The position numbers were made by a program, and so were the translations under genes. Below the pieces are notes generated by a model. That model saw nothing but the letters and a program-made list of their open reading frames with translations, searched no databases and was not told where the DNA came from. Shown here one piece after another: positions 17,111 to 27,243 of a stretch of DNA of 64,000 bases; the first letter of the stretch is position 1, and each line of letters begins with the position of its first letter. Location: IMG/VR virus record IMGVR_UViG_3300030095_006218, one strand, 5' to 3'. Source of the stretch: an uncultured virus (IMG/VR IMGVR_UViG_3300030095_006218) (taxonomy: Duplodnaviria > Heunggongvirae > Uroviricota > Caudoviricetes).

Positions 17111-17361
17111 CTCTCAGTTGCCAAATATAAACTTGCTGCTGGCGCAAACCAAACTTCCCCGCGGTATAACACTTTGTGATAGTGTTGCATGCTCGCCTGT
17201 TCTGTACCTTCAATAACAAGAACATTCGCAGGTTCGGTGGTTATGCAATATTTTCGCACATCCATCAAGCTTGATGCGTAATTTTTGCCAGCAAACTGAT
17301 ACAACGTTACCGAGGCTGGCACATAAGCCAGCTCTCCTTTATTTAATTCCATTGTTGTCAT
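17107..17361 (-). CDS. hypothetical protein
   Basis: 84-aa ORF; AAGGAGG RBS. Confidence 0.65.
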   Translation of the reverse strand: MTTMELNKGELAYVPASVTLYQFAGKNYASSLMDVRKYCITTEPANVLVIEGTEQASMQHYHKVLYRGEVWFAPAASLYLATES

Positions 17362-17854
17362 CGCCCTCCTTATCTGATGAATCAGGCGCGTGATGATGTT
17401 CTGGGTTGGTCATCATGCCACTATACTGTGACATTAGACTGCTGAGATCAGCCAAGTTTGGCAACGGCATGCCATTACCGGGTGGTCGGCTTGATTCAAC
17501 ATAGTCCCTCACCTTTGGATTTTGCATGCTCCTTTCATCAATCTTGGGGAGTGATCCTAATGCATCGTCACTGTCTGTCGGCGGGTTGGCCAAGTATTGA
17601 CGATAATCAAACACAATTTGCATGCAATCTTGTAATCTTATATCAAGTTGCGTGATTGTATTTTTAATATCGACCATCTTGTCAATCGCTTCGGTCAATG
17701 CACCGTTGCTTATGGGATCGCACGTGTTTTCAATCGACACAGGGATGGTTTTAGCCAATTCCTGTGCGTCTTCCAGCATCGAACAAAGTCGTGCCGGTAA
17801 CTCATCTGTGGTTACTGAAAAACTAACAGTAACCATATCATTTTTGTTGCTCAT
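17339..17854 (-). CDS. hypothetical protein
   Basis: 171 aa; GAGGT RBS after a consensus promoter. Confidence 0.75.
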   Translation of the reverse strand: MSNKNDMVTVSFSVTTDELPARLCSMLEDAQELAKTIPVSIENTCDPISNGALTEAIDKMVDIKNTITQLDIRLQDCMQIVFDYRQYLANPPTDSDDALGSLPKIDERSMQNPKVRDYVESSRPPGNGMPLPNLADLSSLMSQYSGMMTNPEHHHAPDSSDKEGDDNNGIK

Positions 17855-17874
17855 AGATATACCTCTCTTTTATC

Positions 17875-17903
17875 ATTATAGCGTATGAGCAAACTCTTGT
17901 CAA
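17875..17903 (-). promoter_or_regulatory. consensus sigma70 promoter
   Basis: TTGACA, 17 bp, TATAAT. Confidence 0.85.
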
Positions 17904-17910
17904 GTGTTTT

Positions 17911-18195
17911 TTATTCAAAAAGCGCCTTATATATTGTTACGGTCAAGACACCCACAACAGATGTAGTTACAATCCAAAGTAGCTTAGTAGAAGAGTCCTT
18001 CCACTGCTCTAACTCTCTAACGCGCGCGTACAAGCCCTGATCGGGGTTATACATAGCGTCCTTAATCTCAGAAAGATTCTCAGCCATTTCTTCTTGTTTT
18101 TCTTTCACTGTTTCTATACTGTCCATCATTCTTTCAAGCTTACCATTAAGCTCTACTAAATTAACAGCCACGTCTTGATTTGTTGTGTCAGCCAT
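17911..18195 (-). CDS. coiled-coil protein with C-terminal TM helix (holin/XhlA-like architecture)
   Basis: Heptad-rich N-terminus and one C-terminal TM; ACTAATTA upstream. Confidence 0.6.
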   Translation of the reverse strand: MADTTNQDVAVNLVELNGKLERMMDSIETVKEKQEEMAENLSEIKDAMYNPDQGLYARVRELEQWKDSSTKLLWIVTTSVVGVLTVTIYKALFE

Positions 18196-18222
18196 AACAC
18201 CTTAATTAGTCACGACACTTAG

Positions 18223-19791
18223 CTATTGCTCAATAATAGCGTAATTTGTCGTAATTAATGTAGACGCAACTGAAACAGCATTTTGTAAGGCCGATCTTGT
18301 CACCTTGACAGGATCAACCACGCCAGCAGCTATCAAGTCAACAACTTCGCCAGTAGCAAAATTGTATCCCTCTACGCCTTTCGCAGCCTCAACGGTCGCC
18401 TGCACTATGTCAGGTGAGTGTCCCGCGTTGGCCGCCATTTGTCTAAGCGGCGCATAAGCCGCTTTTCGAATAATCTCCACTCCAAGATTTTGCTCTTCAT
18501 TGTCTGTATTAACTTCTAAATTCTGTACTGCGCGGACCAATGCTGCACCACCACCGGGTACGATACCTTCCTGCTGCGCAGATTTAACTGCCTCCAGTGC
18601 ATCTTCAATCCTATGTTGCTTTTCGACCAACTCTATTTCAGTGGCGGCGCCGACTCTAATAATCGCAACACCACTGGCTAGTCTCGTAATTCTTTCCTGA
18701 AGCCTTTCTGTTTCATGCACATTTTCTGTCTGTCCAAGCTCAGCCTTAAGTTTCTCTATTCTCTCGTCAACCTTTTCATAATCGCCGGCGCCACCAATAA
18801 TTGTGGTCAGGGCCTTGCCAATCTCAATCTTTTTGGCTTGGCCGAGATGAGTTAGTTTAACATCTTTCAGAGTGATGCCGGCTTCTTTAGTTATAAAAGT
18901 TGCACCGATAGACTCACATAGATCCTTCAAAATTTCTCTGCGTTCTTCTCCGTAACGTGGAGCCTTAACCGCAGCAACCTTCATCGTGCCGCGTACAGAG
19001 TTCATAACAAGTGCCGCCAAGGCCTGTCCCTCGACCTCTGCTGCAACGACGACAAGTGGCCGACTCTCCCTAGATGCCGTCTCAAGGAGTGGCAGAATCT
19101 GTGTAACACCGTCGATAGCCTCATCACAAACTAATATCAACGGTTCTTCATATGTACATGTGCCGTTTCTATTGTTGTTGACAAACGATGATGCCACATA
19201 GCCAGAATCAAATCTGAAACCTTCAATCAAGTCCAATGACGTTTCAAGCGAGCGTGATTCTTCAATAGTAACAGCGCCGTCTTTGCCCACTTGATCAATC
19301 GCGGTGGCTATGAGAGTGCCTATCGACTTGTCTCCGTTTGCTGAAATAGTTGCAATGTGCCGAATATCCTCCACGTCCGAAATGGGGCTGGAGGCCTCTC
19401 TTAAGTTGTTAACAATGGCAATCGCAGCTTTGTCCATACCCCGCTTAAGTTCAACCGGGGATGCGCCGGCAATTAGATACCTTTGTGACTGTTCAAGGAT
19501 GGCCATAGCCAATACCGTCGCAGTTGTCGTACCATCACCAGCATCGGAATTAGTTTTTGCCGCGGCTTGCCTCATGATTTGGGCACCAGCGTTCTGTATC
19601 GGATCATCCAAGTCAACGAATGCAGCAACCGTTACACCATCCTTGGTAATAATCGGCTCTCCGGATTTACTATGCAGGATTACATTTCTCCCACGTGGGC
19701 CTAGCGTGGAAGCTACGTTGTCAGCTAACAACTTAATACCTTCCAGAAGACTCTTGTTTAGCGACGAACCGCTATCATATACTTTTGACAA
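18223..19791 (-). CDS. groEL: chaperonin GroEL
   Basis: TLGPRGRNV, ITKDGVTVA, AGDGTTTATVLA, GIVPGGG, DPVKVTRSAL; no GGM tail. Confidence 0.97.
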   Translation of the reverse strand: MSKVYDSGSSLNKSLLEGIKLLADNVASTLGPRGRNVILHSKSGEPIITKDGVTVAAFVDLDDPIQNAGAQIMRQAAAKTNSDAGDGTTTATVLAMAILEQSQRYLIAGASPVELKRGMDKAAIAIVNNLREASSPISDVEDIRHIATISANGDKSIGTLIATAIDQVGKDGAVTIEESRSLETSLDLIEGFRFDSGYVASSFVNNNRNGTCTYEEPLILVCDEAIDGVTQILPLLETASRESRPLVVVAAEVEGQALAALVMNSVRGTMKVAAVKAPRYGEERREILKDLCESIGATFITKEAGITLKDVKLTHLGQAKKIEIGKALTTIIGGAGDYEKVDERIEKLKAELGQTENVHETERLQERITRLASGVAIIRVGAATEIELVEKQHRIEDALEAVKSAQQEGIVPGGGAALVRAVQNLEVNTDNEEQNLGVEIIRKAAYAPLRQMAANAGHSPDIVQATVEAAKGVEGYNFATGEVVDLIAAGVVDPVKVTRSALQNAVSVASTLITTNYAIIEQ

Positions 19792-19816
19792 TCAACACCT
19801 CTCATGAATTTTATTA

Positions 19817-19845
19817 ATTATAACCATTATCTGATCATTTGTCAA
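19817..19845 (-). promoter_or_regulatory. consensus sigma70 promoter for groEL
   Basis: TTGACA, 17 bp, TATAAT. Confidence 0.85.
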
Positions 19846-19850
19846 GTAGT

Positions 19851-21527
19851 TTATTTATTTTCTTTTTCTTGTGCCGCAAGAGCGTTTGCACGTTCTTTCA
19901 GCGTGGTTGCGTTATCGGCTGCTTCAAATGCCGCGCCGGGTCTATTCTCAAAATAAAATGCGTTAATATTGTCCGTAAGACTCTGGAGCGCATCGTAGAT
20001 GGGCAAACACATTTCTTCCAGCCTGTCGCTGTATTTTGAAATGGAGCGATAAAGTGCGCGCTGATCGATATTAACTGTGCCATATATCGTGCTTCTGCCT
20101 CGGACTGTAACCGGGCGTATGTGAAACTGCGTGTGGTCTGGCTTTCTAATTTCGAGCAGGGCATCTGACCACTTCATAATGCCCTCTGGGCCTTGCTGGA
20201 TTAGCTGTCGCAGGCTCTGCTGTGCATCTACAGCCTTCATTTGCCCCGTCTTAGGGCTCAGCATAGCATAGTACCTTTGAATGTGTGTCGGGCTCTCTGG
20301 CTGGTCATAACCCCACTTCTCAATCGCATTTAAATACGCCTTTCGACGTTCCTTACCCAGAGCGGCAAGTTGCTTGGCGGCGATCATCTTAGCTTCGGGA
20401 TTTTCATCTTGCAAATATTGAGCCGCCAATTCTTCGCTAATCTCTAAGGATTGTACATCTGGTACCGCAAACTTCTTTTTACTGAAGGCTGCGAAAGATT
20501 TTCTACCAGCGTCACTAAGCATTATCTCTGCGGCCTGAACTGCATTCTTTGCTGCTGTGCTGGGTTCTTTAATGGCGCGTTTCCAGTCAGTGATCTTTTT
20601 CCATCCCATATTAATTTCTTGATCAGGTGAAAGCCCCATCATTGGGTATCTATACTGCCTAACATTGTTGGCCCAAACTTTAGCCCTTTGTTTAATAACT
20701 TCATCCGTGTTAAGCTCTTCTGACAATGGCTGTTCAGATGATTGTAGTGCGGCCGGCAACTTAGTGAAATCAAAGTATTTCTCGTCAATCCAGTCGAAGA
20801 AGTTTTCGGGATTAATGTTAAAAGAGAATACGTCCAAGCGATTTCCTTTAGTCTTTACCGCAACAATATATTCAATACCCTTTTCGAGTGCAACTGCTGC
20901 AATCTCTGGCCGGCCAAAAAAAGTTAATAAGTTGACCAAACTGCCCTCAATGACAGTCGTGGTAGACAGCAGCTTAAGACTGACTGGCTGGCCACCTTCT
21001 CCAGTTTTAGGATCGACAAAGAACATACAGTCTTCAATTGGCAAGGTTCCACCAACTTTACCAGTGATTTGTTGACCTTTGAGCAAAGCTGACAGGAAAG
21101 CCTCAAACAAGAAGCCGGCTGTAGATTCGTTAAAATCATCTAGAGTTTGCTGAAGCATCTTTAACGCACCTAGGGACGCCAAGATCTTGCTTATGGATGC
21201 GCCCTCATCGATTTCGCCTTTAGCGATGGCATTGATAGAGGCAATTTTATCCGCTAGCGTAGCGCCTTGAATGTTTCTGGTTATGTACCTTTGGAAACGT
21301 TGACGTTCATCAGTACCCGGCTCACCGGCCTGTTCGGTAGGCGCGTTAAACTGCCCCAGAACGACGTTATAGACACGCTTACCGGTACCGGACTTGCGCT
21401 CATTTAAAGTACCCACAGAGTCCATGGCTTGCTCGACCATTTCCGTCAACGTGTCGAGTCGAAAATCAAATGATTGTTCTGAGCTAAAATAGTGCTCTTG
21501 GATTAATTCACTTATAGATTTACTCAT
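19851..21527 (-). CDS. hypothetical protein with possible PD-(D/E)xK nuclease-like motif
   Basis: GFLFEAFL...PIED...SLK; ACTAATTA upstream. Confidence 0.6.
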   Translation of the reverse strand: MSKSISELIQEHYFSSEQSFDFRLDTLTEMVEQAMDSVGTLNERKSGTGKRVYNVVLGQFNAPTEQAGEPGTDERQRFQRYITRNIQGATLADKIASINAIAKGEIDEGASISKILASLGALKMLQQTLDDFNESTAGFLFEAFLSALLKGQQITGKVGGTLPIEDCMFFVDPKTGEGGQPVSLKLLSTTTVIEGSLVNLLTFFGRPEIAAVALEKGIEYIVAVKTKGNRLDVFSFNINPENFFDWIDEKYFDFTKLPAALQSSEQPLSEELNTDEVIKQRAKVWANNVRQYRYPMMGLSPDQEINMGWKKITDWKRAIKEPSTAAKNAVQAAEIMLSDAGRKSFAAFSKKKFAVPDVQSLEISEELAAQYLQDENPEAKMIAAKQLAALGKERRKAYLNAIEKWGYDQPESPTHIQRYYAMLSPKTGQMKAVDAQQSLRQLIQQGPEGIMKWSDALLEIRKPDHTQFHIRPVTVRGRSTIYGTVNIDQRALYRSISKYSDRLEEMCLPIYDALQSLTDNINAFYFENRPGAAFEAADNATTLKERANALAAQEKENK

Positions 21528-21569
21528 ATCGTTTATAATTAGTCTCCATATTCTTCTTCTGTTATCAAT

Positions 21570-22511
21570 TTATTCATCTAGACAATACATTGGCGTGTTT
21601 TTTATTTCTTCTATAAGAGTCGCCATATCTAGGCCGGCACAGTCTATTTTGCCCTTTGTGAAGTTGTAATGGTTACATATTCCATGAAACTTACCCTTCA
21701 CACAATCCCTATCAACCGTGTCTGATAGCTCTCCCTTGGAGTTTGTAGGGTATTCAAGGGGTATGCCTAGGCCTACGTGAACGGCCTTCCAGAGCGCCTT
21801 TAAAGCCTCTAACTGCACTGGGTAGAACCCTGTGAATGGATCCATTTCTCGACCGTGAACCGTGGCGCCCTCATACACGGGCCTTTCGCCAAAGCCGTTT
21901 CTAACATACCAGTCCTGATATTTTAAATAATAGGCATTGGAAATTTCCACACCAATCCCCTTTGGATTGCCGCCGGCACCACCACTTATTCCAGCATGCC
22001 AAGCCTTGTGTTGCGTGTCCAGCATCTGATATATTGTGCCGTCGTTGTCGATAAGAAAATGTACTGAGATTCCTCTTCTGTTTAGAACAGTGGCGCATGA
22101 CTCCGCGCTAAGGCACACGTCCCAGTGGTTGACGAACATTGTAGGCTCACGATCTGGCTTGCCGGAGTAGTCAGTGTAACATCCCTTTTTGGACTTGAAG
22201 CCGCCAGACTCATCCCACAGAACAACCTTGTCCCACTCAATCGGAATAAACTTGCCATTGTGTACAATATGTTTATCGCCGGGAGAATATAAAGTCCCAG
22301 TTGGCTCATAGTCTGATATGTCTGCCTCTCTTTCAGTCCAGATTCTCCTGTAAGTGGCCGGGCCGACAAGGCCATCGGCTGTTAGACCATTTTTCTTTTG
22401 CCACTTCTGCACTGCTTTGACCAAATTAACATCGAATTCATCGCAGCCAAACCACGACGGCTCCCAACCTAGACTATCAGAGCTTGATTTATTGTAAAAA
22501 TCTTTATCCAT
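21570..22511 (-). CDS. endolysin: peptidoglycan-binding domain plus N-acetylmuramoyl-L-alanine amidase (Amidase_2-type)
   Basis: VQKWQKKNGLTADGLVGPAT; VNHWD, SVHFLIDNDGTIYQ, AWHAG, IGVEISN, terminal H...KIDC. Confidence 0.88.
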   Translation of the reverse strand: MDKDFYNKSSSDSLGWEPSWFGCDEFDVNLVKAVQKWQKKNGLTADGLVGPATYRRIWTEREADISDYEPTGTLYSPGDKHIVHNGKFIPIEWDKVVLWDESGGFKSKKGCYTDYSGKPDREPTMFVNHWDVCLSAESCATVLNRRGISVHFLIDNDGTIYQMLDTQHKAWHAGISGGAGGNPKGIGVEISNAYYLKYQDWYVRNGFGERPVYEGATVHGREMDPFTGFYPVQLEALKALWKAVHVGLGIPLEYPTNSKGELSDTVDRDCVKGKFHGICNHYNFTKGKIDCAGLDMATLIEEIKNTPMYCLDE

Positions 22512-22517
22512 GCCTTC

Positions 22518-23183
22518 CTATATAATTATATCTGCTATGCCATACTCAACCGCCTCTTCGGCAGTTAAATAGATATTAATCTTTCGATCGAGCAGTTTTT
22601 TAAGCTGTCTTGTTGTCATTGAAGTTTCCTGCACCAAAGCCTTTGTATATTGCTCCTGCACGTTTTTAACCTCTTCAAGCTCATTTTCAAGATTATGCAG
22701 CGAGCCATGATTACCACCGATAACAGCGTGGATCATAACCCTGCAGTGCTTACCAATTCTTCTCTGGCCTTTGGTGCCTGCGGCTAAAAGTAAGACTCCG
22801 GCTGACATAACGTACCCGACACCTGTAGTGACAATGTCAACATTCTCCTGTTGTATTAGCCTCATTATATCGTATATGCCAAACATATTATCTGCGCTAC
22901 CACCGGGAGTAGCCATTATAAATTCAATCGGTCTGTTAATTTTCTCAAATTCATTTTCAGCACCATCTTCAACTGGCACAAGCTGTTCTGCATTTTCGCG
23001 CAGCATCAACATAGAATAAATTATATCTCCAGACTTTTCATCGTCCAAATCTCCAAAAAGCCCTATCGTTCTAGACATTGCATCGTCATCGCCCGATTTT
23101 AATACAATTACCGACTTTTCTTGTAATTCCTCAACCTCTAGTTTCTCTTCATCATCTTTATTAAATTTCAAAGTTACCTCCAA
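22518..23183 (-). CDS. clpP: ClpP-like protease
   Basis: TPGG, VMSAG (Ser), MIH (His), YLTAEEAVEYGIAD. Confidence 0.9.
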   Translation of the reverse strand: MEVTLKFNKDDEEKLEVEELQEKSVIVLKSGDDDAMSRTIGLFGDLDDEKSGDIIYSMLMLRENAEQLVPVEDGAENEFEKINRPIEFIMATPGGSADNMFGIYDIMRLIQQENVDIVTTGVGYVMSAGVLLLAAGTKGQRRIGKHCRVMIHAVIGGNHGSLHNLENELEEVKNVQEQYTKALVQETSMTTRQLKKLLDRKINIYLTAEEAVEYGIADIII

Positions 23184-23503
23184 ACTTTTTTAACTTTTCC
23201 AGTGCGCTGGCTAATCTCGCTGAGTTTCCACGGAAATTGCTTTGCCCAAACTTTCCATTCCTCTTCGGAAGCAAACTCCCGAGAGAAAAATAAAGTTATT
23301 TCCTTAGTTCGTGGATGATACCCATTGCCGCCAAGCGACCAATCATTTAAATATTTCATAACCCTCTTCTCTATTCTGATACCAAATATTTTATCAATTT
23401 GCACTCTGTACAAACTAACATTTTCGACGGTTTCCGCCTTCCAAACATAAGCTTGAATCAGTTCTTCTTTATTCGGCCTCATATCATAAGTACCATTATA
23501 CAC
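23174..23503 (-). CDS. hypothetical protein
   Basis: 109-aa ORF in operon. Confidence 0.65.
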   Translation of the reverse strand: MYNGTYDMRPNKEELIQAYVWKAETVENVSLYRVQIDKIFGIRIEKRVMKYLNDWSLGGNGYHPRTKEITLFFSREFASEEEWKVWAKQFPWKLSEISQRTGKVKKVWR

Positions 23504-23531
23504 AAATTTATGAAAAAATAAAAGCTTTTTG

Positions 23532-23909
23532 TTATTCTTTTTGATCGTTGGATACCAAATGGATCATAGCTTCGTCCCAATCTTTGAAAGACAACTCCCT
23601 TTGAAGAGTCGGCGGATAAGACTTGATATATGATTTTATAGCAACTGATTTCCAAACCTGTAAGTTTGCTTGATCAATTATTCTCATTTGCGTAATCATC
23701 GTTTTTGTGTCCTCATTAGTGCTGAGTAGATCGTATTTTATCTCCAGCGCGGCATTGACATTGGTAACAACAGCGCGCAATAGTTTAAGCGCCTGATCAC
23801 TCATATTTCTAGAAAAAGTAGTAGCTGTGCCTATTACGAACAGAGAGGCAAAAATCTTGTGAAATACCATCCCAAGAAAAAATGTTAAAAGTATAATGTG
23901 AAATTCCAT
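23532..23909 (-). CDS. hypothetical protein with N-terminal hydrophobic segment
   Basis: 125-aa ORF. Confidence 0.65.
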   Translation of the reverse strand: MEFHIILLTFFLGMVFHKIFASLFVIGTATTFSRNMSDQALKLLRAVVTNVNAALEIKYDLLSTNEDTKTMITQMRIIDQANLQVWKSVAIKSYIKSYPPTLQRELSFKDWDEAMIHLVSNDQKE

Positions 23910-23918
23910 GTGTGACCT

Positions 23919-23953
23919 AAAAAATAACGGAGATAAACATTTATCTCCGTTAT
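23919..23953 (-). terminator. rho-independent terminator
   Basis: Perfect 14-bp inverted repeat ATAACGGAGATAAA/TTTATCTCCGTTAT followed by a T run on the minus strand. Confidence 0.75.
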
Positions 23954-23979
23954 ATTATAAACCTTAGTAATCTAAATTT

Positions 23980-24567
23980 TTAGCTATTTTCTGCCTTTTT
24001 TTGCTTTGCAGCCAATATTCTTTCAATGACCCGCCTTGCCACCTCGTCAATTCGAGCGTCTTCGCCCTCTTCAACCTCTTCGAGTGGCATTTCTAATTCG
24101 TCATCACCTCCCTCTGCGGGCATATCATCGCCTTCCGGCTCTTCATCATCCATTGGCGGCAATTCATCGACTGGCTCGTCCATGGCACCGTCGTCTTCTG
24201 CACTGACCTCAAATCCAGTCAAGTCTGACATTACTTGCGCGAAGCCATCTACGATTTGACGAACATCTTCCTGCGACAAATCAAGACTTGGAGCCTCTGC
24301 AGGCACATCCATTGCATCTTCTGGACCTTCATCACCGGGAAGCTCACCCATATCCTCTACGTCTGCGTCGACGTCTAGGTCGGGGGCGTCCTCTTCTGGA
24401 CCTTCTTCTTCTTCATCATCACGTGCATACATGGCGCCAGAGTCGCGACCATACATACCTTCATTGTAGGTTTCCATTATGGTATCGATAACCTGATCGG
24501 AGCCAACGTTGGCTAGCTTCATGAAGCGGCGAAGCGTTGCCTCACTTAAAAGTGCTTTTTTACTCAT
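23980..24567 (-). CDS. highly acidic protein (scaffold/internal head protein-like)
   Basis: LLSEATLRRFMKLA N-terminus, D/E-rich body, EVARRVIERIL C-terminus; AGGAG RBS; ACTATTTA upstream. Confidence 0.7.
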   Translation of the reverse strand: MSKKALLSEATLRRFMKLANVGSDQVIDTIMETYNEGMYGRDSGAMYARDDEEEEGPEEDAPDLDVDADVEDMGELPGDEGPEDAMDVPAEAPSLDLSQEDVRQIVDGFAQVMSDLTGFEVSAEDDGAMDEPVDELPPMDDEEPEGDDMPAEGGDDELEMPLEEVEEGEDARIDEVARRVIERILAAKQKKAENS

Positions 24568-24649
24568 GTTAAAAATCTCCTAAATTTCTAAAGTTTATAC
24601 ATTAAATAGTTGAGTCTGTCTTTAAACTCACTAATAATTAGGTTGCTAG

Positions 24650-24895
24650 TCACTTAAAGTCAATAAAATCGTACTTTTTGGAACTAAGCTTTTTCAGTAA
24701 CTTTTGCTCAATTTGCTTAATTCTAGCAAAAGTCACTCCGGTACGCTCTGCGACTTGTCTCAATGTCATGGAGCCGTGATTGTGTACAGCTATGAAGGTG
24801 CAGTTTGCATCGCCCTCGTAATCAATCCAATATCGACACTCCCTCTCTTTACAACTTTTGTCGTTGTTGAGGCACTTTTTAGCACAACTTCTCAT
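24650..24895 (-). CDS. stand-alone sigma70 region-4-like HTH protein with Cys-rich N-terminus
   Basis: MTLRQVAERTGVTFARIKQIEQKLLKKL aligns with sigma70 region 4.2 (TLEEVG...VTRERIRQIEAKALRKL). Confidence 0.75.
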   Translation of the reverse strand: MRSCAKKCLNNDKSCKERECRYWIDYEGDANCTFIAVHNHGSMTLRQVAERTGVTFARIKQIEQKLLKKLSSKKYDFIDFK

Positions 24896-25218
24896 AACTC
24901 TGGGTGCTCCTGCTCTAACAAATCAAATATATTTTCTATGTCCTTCTCTCTTAACCCAAACTTGTCTTCCATTTCTCTCCCCTTTCTCATTAATTGTTCA
25001 GACTTCTTCAGTTTACTTTTACTCTGCACGCTGTTCTGCTCCTTATAATCATTTATGTATTCTATTATACGCGGGTCTTTTTCTAAATATCCAGTAATCA
25101 TGCACCTAAAAAACTGGGCTTGTTTTAATTCGTCATACTGTAACCTTACTTTTAAATCTGCATGGCGCTTGTCGGTGTCGTAAAACAGTATCCTTTTCTC
25201 GTTCCCCTTGCCGCTCAT
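24892..25218 (-). CDS. hypothetical protein
   Basis: 108 aa, ATGA-coupled to neighbours. Confidence 0.75.
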   Translation of the reverse strand: MSGKGNEKRILFYDTDKRHADLKVRLQYDELKQAQFFRCMITGYLEKDPRIIEYINDYKEQNSVQSKSKLKKSEQLMRKGREMEDKFGLREKDIENIFDLLEQEHPEL

Positions 25219-26246
25219 GAACTTCTCTCTAAAATATGTGTGGCACTTTCTCTCTGACCGGCAAAAGTTTGTTCAATAAATTTAGCTTTTTCGCGGAACT
25301 CGCTAAAGTTGTGAGCACCGGTATAAGAAAATCCGCTGCGGATTCCATTATCGAGTTGCTGTAATATAGAAGTGACCGAACCTTTATATGGAATCATTGT
25401 AGATATGCCCTCCAGTGAAGAGGCTCGACCTCGCCAATCAAGTTGTGCCTCTGCGCTAGCCATGCCTCGATAAGTTTTATACATCTTTCCGCCAATTGAA
25501 AGAGTCTTGCCGGGCGACTCGTCAGTACCAGCTAGAAGAGAACCCACCATAACAAAGTCGGCACCAGCAGCGAAGGATTTAACAATATCGCCCGAACTCT
25601 TTATGCCCCCATCCGCAATCAAGCTGACGCCATACTCTTTGGCAACATCACAACAATCTAAAACAGATTGCAGAGTTGGCACGCCGTGACCCGTTTGCAG
25701 TCTAGTGGAGCAAATTGAGCCGCCGCCGATGCCGACGCGGATGCTATCTGCACCCCACTTGGCCAAGTCTTCGTATGCTTGGCGAGTTGCAACGTTGCCG
25801 GCCATGATGTGTACGCTATCACCAATCTCATCCTTTACTGATTTTAACATGCGTTCCATTAAAACGTGGTGTCCGTGAGCCACGTCCAAGCATAATACCT
25901 CTGCGCCAGCAGCGGCCAACACCTTGGCTCTGTGAAGGTGCGTGATGCCTATACCAATAGCAGCACCGACAACTTGCCAGCCGCCATCCTTTACTCTCTG
26001 CACCGCTTCGGCCTGTTCCATAGGGGTGTTGTAGCGATGAATTATCCCAATGCCTCCAGCATGCGCCACAGCGCTTGCCATATCAGCATCAGTCACTGTA
26101 TCCATAGGGCTGGAAATGACTGGCAGTGATAATTCGTGCTCTCCTAAAACATTGCTAATGTCAATGCTCGATCGCGTTTCTATGTTTGAGTACTGCGGTT
26201 CCAGCAGCACATCATCATAGCTCAGTGTTCGTTTCATTTTCTTCAT
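25215..26246 (-). CDS. IMP dehydrogenase / GMP reductase family protein (no CBS domains)
   Basis: [34 protein letters not shown] (catalytic Cys), IADGGI, YRGMAS. Confidence 0.92.
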   Translation of the reverse strand: MKKMKRTLSYDDVLLEPQYSNIETRSSIDISNVLGEHELSLPVISSPMDTVTDADMASAVAHAGGIGIIHRYNTPMEQAEAVQRVKDGGWQVVGAAIGIGITHLHRAKVLAAAGAEVLCLDVAHGHHVLMERMLKSVKDEIGDSVHIMAGNVATRQAYEDLAKWGADSIRVGIGGGSICSTRLQTGHGVPTLQSVLDCCDVAKEYGVSLIADGGIKSSGDIVKSFAAGADFVMVGSLLAGTDESPGKTLSIGGKMYKTYRGMASAEAQLDWRGRASSLEGISTMIPYKGSVTSILQQLDNGIRSGFSYTGAHNFSEFREKAKFIEQTFAGQRESATHILERSS

Positions 26247-26487
26247 ATTCCTTTGCAATTTTAACTGCTGTGTCCCAGCATGTTGGACAGTATAACCGCA
26301 CTATCTCTTCTTCTTTTCTGATCACTACATTCCAAGTGGCCACCATTTCCCTGTCGGTTTTATCAAACTCTGCCAAGCAGGCATCGCAATGATCCGACAG
26401 TTTCCCAAATAGCGCAACTTTTTGTGCCATTTCTTTGTTCTCTTTCTTCATCTTCTTTTGTGATTCGCGGCGCTGTTTTCGATTCAT
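26215..26487 (-). CDS. hypothetical protein with CxxC pairs
   Basis: MNRKQRR...CDAC...YCPTC. Confidence 0.7.
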   Translation of the reverse strand: MNRKQRRESQKKMKKENKEMAQKVALFGKLSDHCDACLAEFDKTDREMVATWNVVIRKEEEIVRLYCPTCWDTAVKIAKEYEENETNTEL

Positions 26488-26975
26488 ATCCTCTCCATCG
26501 TAAGCAACTTTGGATAGTCATGATATGCATGTCTCAGACCGGGTTCAAATACAACGATTGCTGACGGGAAGGGTGCCGAATTTACGCCTTGGCCAAACTT
26601 TAAGCGACCTTTGACCAAATGAATTTCCTTGGCTTGCATGACATATTTATGCCAATACTTTGTGTCGGTTCTTGCCGGAATCAACATTACTACCTTGGTA
26701 TTCGGCTTTTGGCTCTCTTCGTATGCCTTCTTGACCCACTTGCCTAGCTCCCTGCCATATGGCGGATTAACAAACGAAGTGTGTCCTCCCCAATCTTTAG
26801 CTAAGCCATCATCACCAATCGTTATAAAATTCTGGCATTTTGCATTATGGGGTGACGCACACGGATCTAAGTCGAAGGGGCCAAATCTCCAATTCAGTCT
26901 ATCGAAAAAATCCTGCGGTGTGGCCCAATCGTGCGCCTTGGAACTAAACATTACCTTTTGTACAGCCTTATTCAT
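26484..26975 (-). CDS. phage DNA N6-adenine methyltransferase (Dam family)
   Basis: WATP, FDLDPCA, NPPY, LIPARTDT, GRLKF, APFPS. Confidence 0.92.
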   Translation of the reverse strand: MNKAVQKVMFSSKAHDWATPQDFFDRLNWRFGPFDLDPCASPHNAKCQNFITIGDDGLAKDWGGHTSFVNPPYGRELGKWVKKAYEESQKPNTKVVMLIPARTDTKYWHKYVMQAKEIHLVKGRLKFGQGVNSAPFPSAIVVFEPGLRHAYHDYPKLLTMERI

Positions 26976-27232
26976 TCGCCACTCTCTGAGTCTTGGTCGT
27001 CAGTCGCGGGTGCGGGTGGCGGCGCTTGCTGTGATGTATACCTCTGCAGAGCCATTAGCTTCTGCTCTGCAGTCATAGCTTGTGCAACTAATGCATCCAT
27101 CTGTTCTACAACTCCGGTGGCGTCAGTCGTGTTCTGCGAACTACCTAGGCACATGTTTAAGCCTGCCATAGCATCGCTGATTTGGGCATTGTATTTATCG
27201 CTCAATGCCTTAAGCAACAGTTGTCCATACAT
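26972..27232 (-). CDS. hypothetical protein
   Basis: 86 aa; AAGGAG RBS. Confidence 0.7.
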   Translation of the reverse strand: MYGQLLLKALSDKYNAQISDAMAGLNMCLGSSQNTTDATGVVEQMDALVAQAMTAEQKLMALQRYTSQQAPPPAPATDDQDSESGE

Positions 27233-27243
27233 AATATTCTCCT

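Noticed and set aside
25215..26246. Firm assignment as guaB versus guaC
   Set aside because: The catalytic Cys loop fits both, and the flap region ([10 protein letters not shown]) is not diagnostic by eye, so the call is left at family level.
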